From Thiobacillus sp. (GTDB lineage Bacteria; Pseudomonadota; Gammaproteobacteria; Burkholderiales; Thiobacillaceae): DNA of 64,000 nucleotides. How positions within the stretch are numbered: the first letter of the stretch is position 1; every line of letters begins with the position of its first letter. Positions 56,519-64,000 of this stretch are shown piece by piece. The stretch covers positions 293,349 through 357,348 of the forward strand of contig DATCSW010000011.1 in assembly GCA_036568265.1 (NCBI GenBank), given 5' to 3'. The notes under the pieces are model-generated. The model made no database searches and was not told where the DNA came from. It was given only the letters and a program-made list of their open reading frames with translations. The position numbers and the translations under genes are program-made.

Positions 56519-58027
56519 ATGACTGAGTTGTTTGAAATGCTGAGTTCGATCACCCGTCGCAGAAAAAGTGTGGGCGGCTCTCCTTTTGCGTCGGTAAAGG
56601 CCACCGAAAAATGGTTGAAAAATTTGCCATCCGATTCGGATTACGATGCGCATCATGGCCTGGTCGAAGGGCTCGAGCGTTTTAACGCCGATCACGGAGA
56701 CGCTTCACTGGTCCGGATGAAGTGCCTGATGAAAATTGAAGCGGCCGGCTTGCCTCTGCAGCATGGAATCATCGAACAGTATTTGAAAAACCAGGCTGCA
56801 TTTCGACTGGCTCGCCAAGCCTTGTGGCGCGAGTCGTGGGTGTTTTGGTCGCTGTTGTCAGAAGCCTGGTTGTTCATGTTGAAACAAGCCTATCGCGGTA
56901 CGGCAAGTGCCGAACTCAGGCCGCATGCAGCCGAAATGGCGGCGCGCGCCATCCACTACGCGCGACTGGTGATGCGCTGGGATTATCATCAGGCGCGCAC
57001 CCCCCCCGGCTCGGCCTGGCGACGGATACACAAGGTTTATCGTTTGGTTGAACGCGATGGCTTTGCCACCCAGGAAGTTCTGATAGGTGGCGTCAAGACG
57101 CATTGTGCACGCGAGTATTCCCTTGCAGTCCTCATGGGCCTGGTCCATCCCGTGGGCTATCGCGCGCAGGAAATCGAATCCATTGCGGACATTGTTCAGT
57201 CATACCAACCCTTGCCACTGCCGAATCTGGTGCCGGAGCGGGACGTTCATACTCATTTGGTCGACTTGTCGTTAAGCGAAGGCGCTTGTGTGATGGAAGA
57301 CGACTGGGTGCAGGGTCGGCGCTTGCGTTATTTTGATTTGAGCACGCTGGTTTCCTACCTCAAAGACTTTACCCACGATACCGAACCGGATGGGGATAGC
57401 CTCCTGATGCGCCAGGTCGCCAGCCTGATCGAGCGCGGCGGGATTCGCCGCAATCGCGAGCGTACCCATCGGTTTGGTCGTGTATGGGTGGCAGCCGGCA
57501 TGAACAATATCCTGACCGCCCTTGCGAGCCCAGATCCGGAAAAAACACGCCCCGCACTTGAACCCTGGATGTTGCGCGATGAAAGCACCGAGGGCATGGG
57601 CTTTGCGTTGCCGGAAGAGCCGAATATGCCGCATGGACGGCTGATCGCCGTAAGTTGGGACCCGGCCGAAAGTGTCTGGCAATTGATGGCGATTCGCTGG
57701 AACCGCCAGGAAGATGGCCAGCACATGATCGGCACGCAGCGCCTGTCACGGCATCCCAAACGGGTGGAAATTTCACATGAATCGCAGGTGCCGCAGGCGG
57801 CCAGCGAAAAAATCTGGGCTGTTTTCCTGCCTATGACCCACACCGAGCAGGGCGTCAGCAACTTGCTGATACCGCAGAGCCATTATTTATTGGGTGCACC
57901 GATGGCGCTGCGTGATGGCGATGTGGTGTATCGCTTGCGCTTGGGCGAAATTCAGGAAAGCCATGAAGGCTGGCTGCGCGTGGGGATGGATATCATCGGG
58001 CGTGAGCAATTTGCAGAGGCGGCCTGA
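56519..58027 (+). CDS. Hypothetical protein, possibly a FimW/PilZ-like c-di-GMP receptor
   Basis: Helical N-region, then RNRER and W.LRDESTEGMG PilZ-like segments. Confidence 0.5.
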   Translation: MTELFEMLSSITRRRKSVGGSPFASVKATEKWLKNLPSDSDYDAHHGLVEGLERFNADHGDASLVRMKCLMKIEAAGLPLQHGIIEQYLKNQAAFRLARQALWRESWVFWSLLSEAWLFMLKQAYRGTASAELRPHAAEMAARAIHYARLVMRWDYHQARTPPGSAWRRIHKVYRLVERDGFATQEVLIGGVKTHCAREYSLAVLMGLVHPVGYRAQEIESIADIVQSYQPLPLPNLVPERDVHTHLVDLSLSEGACVMEDDWVQGRRLRYFDLSTLVSYLKDFTHDTEPDGDSLLMRQVASLIERGGIRRNRERTHRFGRVWVAAGMNNILTALASPDPEKTRPALEPWMLRDESTEGMGFALPEEPNMPHGRLIAVSWDPAESVWQLMAIRWNRQEDGQHMIGTQRLSRHPKRVEISHESQVPQAASEKIWAVFLPMTHTEQGVSNLLIPQSHYLLGAPMALRDGDVVYRLRLGEIQESHEGWLRVGMDIIGREQFAEAA

Positions 58028-58039
58028 CCTGTTCCGTCG

Positions 58040-58573
58040 TCAACGGGTACGAATATCGCCGAAATGAAAGTCAAATGAACCGCTTCGGCGGTCATTGAAA
58101 TATTGCTCCAGCGTGGCCCGAACCGTGCGGAACGCAATGTCGTCCCAAGGAATTTCAGCTTCGGTAAACAAGCGGGTTTCGAGCGACTCGACGCCGGGCT
58201 GAAAGTCCAGATCGAGCAATTGTGCCCGAAACATCAGATAGACCTGATTGATGTGGGGCAGGTTATACAAGGTATACAGCCCGCCCATTTCAATATGGGC
58301 GCCGGCCTCTTCCCAGGTTTCGCGTGCCGCGCCTTCCAGCGTGGTTTCACCGTTTTCCATAAAGCCGGCCGGCAAGGTCCAGAGGCCGTATTTCGGTTCG
58401 ATGGCCCGACGGCACAGCAGGACCTTGTCTTCCCATTCCGGAATGCAGCCCACGACCATTTTCGGATTCTGGTAATGGACGACGCCGCAATCCGGGCACA
58501 CATGGCGTGGCAACTGATCACCTTCAGGCACGCGCAAGACCACGGTGCTGCCACACTCACTGCAAAATTTCAT
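58040..58573 (-). CDS. NUDIX hydrolase with N-terminal zinc ribbon
   Basis: FCSECG...CPDCG, Nudix box GFMENGETTLEGAARETWEEAG. Confidence 0.92.
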   Translation of the reverse strand: MKFCSECGSTVVLRVPEGDQLPRHVCPDCGVVHYQNPKMVVGCIPEWEDKVLLCRRAIEPKYGLWTLPAGFMENGETTLEGAARETWEEAGAHIEMGGLYTLYNLPHINQVYLMFRAQLLDLDFQPGVESLETRLFTEAEIPWDDIAFRTVRATLEQYFNDRRSGSFDFHFGDIRTR

Positions 58574-58699
58574 GCTGCTTCCAATCGGTAAGTTTCAAGG
58601 CACGGTAGCAAAATCTCCCCACCTTGATCAAGGACGAAACTTGGACCCCAGTGCGCGAGCGTTTATTATCGGGGATCACCTATCGATGTTTTGATTGTC

Positions 58700-59743
58700 A
58701 TGCGTCCTTTCCATATTGAAACCATCCTCGACCGCGAGTTTGAAAGCGCTGCCGACGGCCACCATACGCCTGTCATGCTGTGGGGCCCGCCGGGGGTTGG
58801 CAAATCCCAGATTGTGGCCAAGATCGCCCGGCAGCATGGCGTACCGCTGATTGATATTCGGCTGTCGCAAATGGAGCCTACTGATTTGCGCGGTATTCCC
58901 TTCCGTAACGGCCAGCTGGTTGAATGGTCGATTCCCTCCGTGCTGCCTGATGCCGAACGTCACGGGCCAGCGGGCATTCTGTTCCTTGATGAGATTACCT
59001 CGGCCCCGCCTACGGTGTCGGCCGCGGCTTATCAGCTGATTCTGGATCGTCGCCTGGGCGAATATCAGGTGCCCGAAGGCTGGGTGATCTTTGCCGCAGG
59101 CAACCGCCAGGGCGACAGGGGCGTGACCTATGCCATGCCCGCACCGCTGGCCAACCGTTTCACCCACTATGAAGTCGAAGTCAACCTCGATGACTGGATC
59201 GTCTGGGCAAACAGCGAAAACATTGATACGCGCGTGATCGCTTTCCTGCGCTTCCGTCCCGACCTGCTGTTCAGCTTTGACCCGGCACACACGCCGATTG
59301 CCTTTCCCAGCCCGCGTTCCTGGGGATACGCTCATCGCGCGTTGCAAAAATTCGACAAGACCGATTTGCTGGCCGATTCGCTGATGGCCTGTGTGGGCCA
59401 ATCAGCCGGCCTGGAACTGAAAACCTTTGTCGACAACATGGCGCAGATGCCGGATATCGATGCCATCATCGCGGGTGCCGACGCCGAAGTCCCCGAAGGC
59501 ATCGACCTGCAATATGGCGTGGCCGCGGCGCTGGTGCGCAAGGCCATGCAGGCTACCGATAACGGCAATGCAACGGCGGTGTACGGCAACATCCTCAAAT
59601 ACGCGCAGCGTTTCCCGCAGCGTGAGATGGGCGTGATGCTGGTGTCCGACCTGCATCGCGCCGTAGGCCGTCCGCTGTTTGCCGTGCCCGCGTTTGCCGA
59701 TTGGGCCAACAGCATTACTGATCTGGTTTTGTACGAGCACTAA
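58700..59743 (+). CDS. MoxR-like AAA+ ATPase
   Basis: Walker A GPPGVGKS, Walker B LFLDE, AAGN, LANRF, PSPRSW. Confidence 0.88.
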   Translation: MRPFHIETILDREFESAADGHHTPVMLWGPPGVGKSQIVAKIARQHGVPLIDIRLSQMEPTDLRGIPFRNGQLVEWSIPSVLPDAERHGPAGILFLDEITSAPPTVSAAAYQLILDRRLGEYQVPEGWVIFAAGNRQGDRGVTYAMPAPLANRFTHYEVEVNLDDWIVWANSENIDTRVIAFLRFRPDLLFSFDPAHTPIAFPSPRSWGYAHRALQKFDKTDLLADSLMACVGQSAGLELKTFVDNMAQMPDIDAIIAGADAEVPEGIDLQYGVAAALVRKAMQATDNGNATAVYGNILKYAQRFPQREMGVMLVSDLHRAVGRPLFAVPAFADWANSITDLVLYEH

Positions 59744-59747
59744 ATCC

Positions 59748-61007
59748 ATGCCGGAACAGGAACAGGACGCAGCCCTTCAACCCATTCTGATCAAACTCGC
59801 GGCTGCGCGTACCCGCCTCATCATGGAGCGGCCGTTCCTCGGCTCGCTGGTCATGCATTTGCCACTCAAGGTCGGCGGTGAGTGGTGCACGACCACCGGC
59901 ACCGATGCGAAGGCGTTTTATTTCAACCCCAAGTTTGTCGACAACCTGTCGCTGGCGCAGACGCAATTCATTCTGGCTCACGAGGCCATGCACTGTGCGA
60001 TGGGTCACCCGCATCGCCGTAACCATCGCATCAAGCGGCGTTGGGATGTGGCGTGCGATCACGCGGTGAATCTGATGCTGATCGAAGAAGGCCTGAAGCC
60101 GCCGCTGCACGGCATTCTGGCGGACCAGAATTTCATGACGCTATCGGCGGAAGAAATCTATCCGTTGATCCCGGAAGACACGCCGGAAGAATCATTCGAC
60201 CAGCACCTGTTCGATAGCGACAACGAGCAAGGCGGCAGTCCCGACGAAAACGAACGTCAGGATGATTCCGAGGGCAGTGAAGCGGGGGGGCAGGGCAAGG
60301 AAGGCCAGAGCGAGGCCGAGCAGCAGCAGGGCAGCGGCAGCCAGGCGTCGCAAAAACCCAACGAGATGTCGCCCAGCGAGCGCGAAGAACTATCCGAACA
60401 ATGGAAGAACCGTCTTGCCGCTGCAGCCCAGGCCGCGCGCCAGGCCGGCAAATTGTCGCAGTCGATGATGCGCTGGGTCGATGGCTTGCTGGCCCCCAGC
60501 TTGCCGTGGCGTGCGCTGCTGGCGCGGTTCTTTGCGGTCAATCAGCGCGACGATTATTCGTGGCGCCGGCCCTCGCGGCGCGAAGGCGATGCCTTGTTGC
60601 CACGCTTGTCGAGCGAAGGCCTGGAAGTCATTGCCGTCATCGATACCAGCGGCTCGATCGGTGACGAAGAACTCCGTCAATTCGTGTCTGAACTCGACGC
60701 CCTTAAAGGCCAGGTGCGCGCCAAGGTTACGCTGCTGGCCTGCGACAATCAGGTGGCTGAAAAAGCGCCGTGGGAATATGAGCCGTGGGACACCATGGAG
60801 TTGCCCACCGATATCGAAGGCGGCGGCGGCACCGATTTCCGCCCGGTGTTCGACTGGGTCGAGCACGAAAACCGCAGCCCCAACATGCTGGTGTACTTTA
60901 CCGATGCTGCCGGTGAATTTCCAAAACTGCCGCCCAATTATCCGGTGATCTGGCTGGTCAAAGGCAAGGGCGTCGTGCCCTGGGGTGAGCGAGTACAACT
61001 GAACTGA
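59748..61007 (+). CDS. DUF2201-type metallopeptidase plus vWA domain protein
   Basis: HEAMH zinc motif, acidic/Gln linker, MIDAS DTSGS, GGGGTDFRPVF, YFTD. Confidence 0.85.
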   Translation: MPEQEQDAALQPILIKLAAARTRLIMERPFLGSLVMHLPLKVGGEWCTTTGTDAKAFYFNPKFVDNLSLAQTQFILAHEAMHCAMGHPHRRNHRIKRRWDVACDHAVNLMLIEEGLKPPLHGILADQNFMTLSAEEIYPLIPEDTPEESFDQHLFDSDNEQGGSPDENERQDDSEGSEAGGQGKEGQSEAEQQQGSGSQASQKPNEMSPSEREELSEQWKNRLAAAAQAARQAGKLSQSMMRWVDGLLAPSLPWRALLARFFAVNQRDDYSWRRPSRREGDALLPRLSSEGLEVIAVIDTSGSIGDEELRQFVSELDALKGQVRAKVTLLACDNQVAEKAPWEYEPWDTMELPTDIEGGGGTDFRPVFDWVEHENRSPNMLVYFTDAAGEFPKLPPNYPVIWLVKGKGVVPWGERVQLN

Positions 61008-61031
61008 GCACCGAGAATTGAGCGCAGCGCA

Positions 61032-61901
61032 TTGAATACAGCAGAGCCCTTTCCCCCAACCGATCTTCAACCCAATCGGGTGCGCAGCTTTTTATTTGAG
61101 CAGCTCGATATTCGCGGGGCCTGGGTGCAGCTCGGCCCGGCCTGGCGCGAGATGGCGGCGGGCCGTGATTATGCCGAGCCGGCGCATGCCTTGCTGGGTC
61201 AACTGGCGGCGGTGACCACCCTGATTGCAGCCAACCTCAAGCAGGCCGGTCGGCTGACTTTTCAGCTGCGGGGGAATGGGGCGTTATCGCTGATGATGAT
61301 GGATTGTGACGAGCAGTTGCGCTTGCGCGGCATGGCGCGCGCCGAACCGGAGTTGGCAGAGTCAAATTTGCCTGGCTTGCTGGGCGAGGGCTCGCTGACC
61401 CTGACGCTGGACCAGGCCGGCATGAGCCAGCCCTACCAAAGTCATGTGCCCTTGCAGGGTGACACGCTCGCAGCCGTGTTCGAACATTACCTGGCGCAGT
61501 CCGAACAGGCCCCCACCCGGTTCTGGCTGGCGGCCGATGGCGAAACCGCTGCCGGACTGTTTCTGCAAGCCTTGCCGGGCGCCGCCCTGCGCGATGCCGA
61601 TGGCTGGAATCGGGTTCAGGTGTTGGCCAATACCGTTCGTAACGATGAGTTGCTCAGTCTGAATTCGATTCAGCTGATCGAGCGTTTGTTCTCCGAGGAA
61701 GACGTGCGCGTCTACGATCCACGGCCAGTCACCTATCATTGTCCCTATGACCCGGACAAAATCCATTCCATGTTGCGAAGTGTGGGACAGGCCGAATGCG
61801 ATGCCATCATCGCCGAGCTGGGTGAAATCCGGGTGCACGACGACATCTGCAATCATGAATACGTACTGGACGCGGTAGCAGTGGCTGGGCTGTTCAGCTA
61901 G
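61032..61901 (+). CDS. hslO: Hsp33 chaperone
   Basis: FLFEQLDIRGAWV, LTFQLRGNG, YQSHVPL, HYLAQSEQ.PT, AGLFLQ.LP; atypical C-terminal Cys pattern. Confidence 0.88.
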   Translation: MNTAEPFPPTDLQPNRVRSFLFEQLDIRGAWVQLGPAWREMAAGRDYAEPAHALLGQLAAVTTLIAANLKQAGRLTFQLRGNGALSLMMMDCDEQLRLRGMARAEPELAESNLPGLLGEGSLTLTLDQAGMSQPYQSHVPLQGDTLAAVFEHYLAQSEQAPTRFWLAADGETAAGLFLQALPGAALRDADGWNRVQVLANTVRNDELLSLNSIQLIERLFSEEDVRVYDPRPVTYHCPYDPDKIHSMLRSVGQAECDAIIAELGEIRVHDDICNHEYVLDAVAVAGLFS

Positions 61902-61913
61902 GGTTATTGAGCA

Positions 61914-62411
61914 ATGGTTAAATTAAGAGATTACATAATAAGTGACGCGGATCGGTTTGCCGATCTTGCTAACAATGAAAACGTATCGAGATATTTGATC
62001 TATACGTTCCCCTACCCATACAAAAAACAAGACGCAGCATGGTGGATAAAAAGCGGATCAAAGACAAATAACTCAGTGGCTAAGGCTATCGAATACCGAG
62101 GGGAGCTTGTCGGCACCGTCGGTATTACGCCTCAAACAGGCTGGAAGGGGCACACAGCAGAAATTGGTTACTGGGTTGGTGAAGAATATTGGGGGAAAGG
62201 TATCGCCACTGAAGCGCTAAATATAATGAGTGATCTCGTATTTTCGACCATGAAATACAAAAAGCTATTCGCCCCCGTTCTTGACCCAAACAAAGCCTCA
62301 ATGAGGGTGCTTGAAAAATGTGGTTACAGTTTGGAAGGTGTCTTCAAGCATGAAGTTTATAAGGGCGGCAATTTTTTCGATGGACATTACTATGCCAAGT
62401 TTTGCTCATAA
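61914..62411 (+). CDS. GNAT acetyltransferase (RimJ/RimL-like)
   Basis: AEIGYWVGEEYWGKGIAT, NKASMRVLEKCGY; AT-rich. Confidence 0.88.
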   Translation: MVKLRDYIISDADRFADLANNENVSRYLIYTFPYPYKKQDAAWWIKSGSKTNNSVAKAIEYRGELVGTVGITPQTGWKGHTAEIGYWVGEEYWGKGIATEALNIMSDLVFSTMKYKKLFAPVLDPNKASMRVLEKCGYSLEGVFKHEVYKGGNFFDGHYYAKFCS

Positions 62412-62457
62412 CCTTGCGAAGCGGGACTGCGCAAAAGCGTGCAGACCCTTACTTTTA
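62403..62457 (+). other. Degenerate integron attC-like site
   Basis: TCATAAC core at the stop codon, AAGCGGG...CCCTTA inner boxes, central CTGCGC-AAAA-GCGTGCAG hairpin. Confidence 0.55.
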
Positions 62458-62492
62458 CAACTTGCTCACCAACCAGACTGAAAGGAAGCCAG

Positions 62493-62777
62493 ATGCGAAC
62501 CAGATGGATGCTGTTGGGAGGGTTGTTGTTATCGGCCAGTGTGCTGGCCGAAGACGGGCGATACCAGGCATTGCCATTGGCCGGCGCGGACGGAGGCAAG
62601 GGCGGAGGCCGCGCATTTGTGCTGGATACGCGAGAGGGTCATGTCTGGATCTGGAGTGAAAATGAACTGATCACGGCTTCGGATGGCCGCCGCCGCTACG
62701 GCTCGGGCTTCATTTATCAGGGCAAGCTGCGTCCGGGTAGCCAGCCGGGCGAAATGATCGAGCAACAAGGCAAATAA
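62493..62777 (+). CDS. Small secreted hypothetical protein
   Basis: RBS AAAGGA; signal peptide MRTRWMLLGGLLLSASVLA. Confidence 0.7.
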   Translation: MRTRWMLLGGLLLSASVLAEDGRYQALPLAGADGGKGGGRAFVLDTREGHVWIWSENELITASDGRRRYGSGFIYQGKLRPGSQPGEMIEQQGK

Positions 62778-62903
62778 ACAGCCGATTTCGGTCCCGCTGA
62801 GCAGATTGTTTGGCCGGGATCGACGCTCAAGGCTTAAGACCGGGCCGGACATTGCCGCTATGTGCAGTTACGTTAAGCCATCTGATACCTGATTCCACCT
62901 AGC

Positions 62904-64000
62904 ATGCCGACAGAATCGTCCCCCCCCGTAACCGCGCGTCCCATTCCCCAGAAAATCCGGCTGGGCGATCTGCTGGTTGAGCAGAAGGTGATTTCCAGTG
63001 CCGATCTTGAAATTGCACTGGCGACCCAGAAAAAAAGCGGTCGGCGGCTGGGGCGTGTCATCGTCGAAAGCGGCATGGCCGGCGAAAACGATATTGCCCA
63101 GGCTCTGGCGCGGCAACTCGCCATCCCCTTTGTGGACCTGCGCAAATTCAGCCCGGATGCCACCATTCTGCAAATGTTGCCCGAAACCCAGGCGCGGCGA
63201 TTCCGTGCCATTCCACTGGCGCGGAAAAATGGCGAAATCTTCGTCGGGATGGCCGACCCCACCGACCTGACCGCTTACGATGAAGTGTCACGGCTGTTCC
63301 AGGGGAGCATCCAGCTTGCCGTGGTATCAGAAGGCGACCTGCTGTCAGCCATTGACCGGGTCTACCGCCGCACCGACGACATTCATGGTTTATCACAAGA
63401 GCTTGCGCGCGACATGGGCGAGGCCGAGGCCAGCATCATTGGCCTGGAGGCGCTGGGCGAGGGGCAGGCCGATGCCCCGGTGGTGCGCCTGCTGCAAACG
63501 CTGTTTGAAGATGCCTTGCAGGTTGGCGCGTCCGACATGCATATCGAGCCACAGGAAAAACAGCTGGCGATCCGTTTCCGCATCGACGGCATGCTGCACC
63601 CGCAAACCCAGGCCGATCTCAAAATTGCGCCCGCCCTCGCGCTACGCCTGAAAATCGTTTCCGGGCTGGATATTTCCGAGAAACGCTTGCCGCAAGACGG
63701 CCGCTTTGCGGTCAAGGTGCGCGGAAAAGCGGTTGATGTGCGTTTGTCCACCATGCCCACGCAGTATGGCGAATCCGTGGTGATGCGTTTGCTGAGCCAG
63801 GGCGATGATCCCATTACCCTCGATGGCCTGGGCATGCCGCCCGACATGCTGGAACGCTTTCGCGCCATTTTGCATCGCCCCAATGGCCTGGTGCTGGTCA
63901 CCGGCCCGACGGGTAGCGGTAAAACCACCACGCTGTATGCGGCATTGGGCGAGCTCAACGACCCGGCGACCAAGATCATCACCGTCGAAGACCCGGTGGA
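62904..64000 (+). CDS. mshE: MshE/PilB/GspE-type ATPase with MshEN domain (partial, runs off window end)
   Basis: Manual translation: MPTESSPPVTARPIPQKIRLGDLLVEQKVISSADLEIALATQ; SDMHIEP, LDISEKRLPQDGR, Walker A GPTGSGKTT. Confidence 0.88.
   Translation, partial: MPTESSPPVTARPIPQKIRLGDLLVEQKVISSADLEIALATQKKSGRRLGRVIVESGMAGENDIAQALARQLAIPFVDLRKFSPDATILQMLPETQARRFRAIPLARKNGEIFVGMADPTDLTAYDEVSRLFQGSIQLAVVSEGDLLSAIDRVYRRTDDIHGLSQELARDMGEAEASIIGLEALGEGQADAPVVRLLQTLFEDALQVGASDMHIEPQEKQLAIRFRIDGMLHPQTQADLKIAPALALRLKIVSGLDISEKRLPQDGRFAVKVRGKAVDVRLSTMPTQYGESVVMRLLSQGDDPITLDGLGMPPDMLERFRAILHRPNGLVLVTGPTGSGKTTTLYAALGELNDPATKIITVEDPV

Noticed and set aside
62920-62927. C8 tract at the mshE 5' end as a frameshift or phase-variation site
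   Set aside because: The frame is intact as given (SPPV), and a single 8-nt C run in a GC-rich genome is weak evidence without read-level length variation.

Overview
A bacterial chromosome segment; gene content (CbbY-like phosphatase, Fur-type iron cluster, formaldehyde-handling genes) suggests a Thiobacillus-like betaproteobacterium, which is an inference. The core backbone is ordinary: cgs/ndvB (partial), three tRNA loci, folD, dksA, a two-component pair, rimP-nusA-infB-rbfA-truB-rpsO-pnp, uvrC-pgsA, acpS-nagZ, hslO and mshE (partial). The main finding is a 9,462-bp phage-satellite-like element (46767-56235). It has integrated exactly in the 7-nt anticodon loop (CTTGAAA) of the host tRNA-Ser(UGA) and has not repaired it. 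The host gene is left as two halves, and the element carries its own complete, sequence-divergent, fully base-paired tRNA-Ser(UGA) 20 nt inside the junction, directly behind the host tRNA promoter. Other notable items are a 350-bp MITE-like insert with 26-bp terminal inverted repeats that supplies the rbfA stop and probable truB start, and a scrambled methanofuran/H4MPT cluster with three abrupt junctions (real decay or assembly chimera). There are also two orphan integron-cassette-like genes, a duplicated Asr-like gene unit with a conserved operator, a 13-kb iron cluster with an ApbE/FMN flavinylation module, and an Hsp33 lacking two zinc cysteines. No CRISPR array or rRNA was seen. All family assignments come from motif recognition by eye, not database searches.
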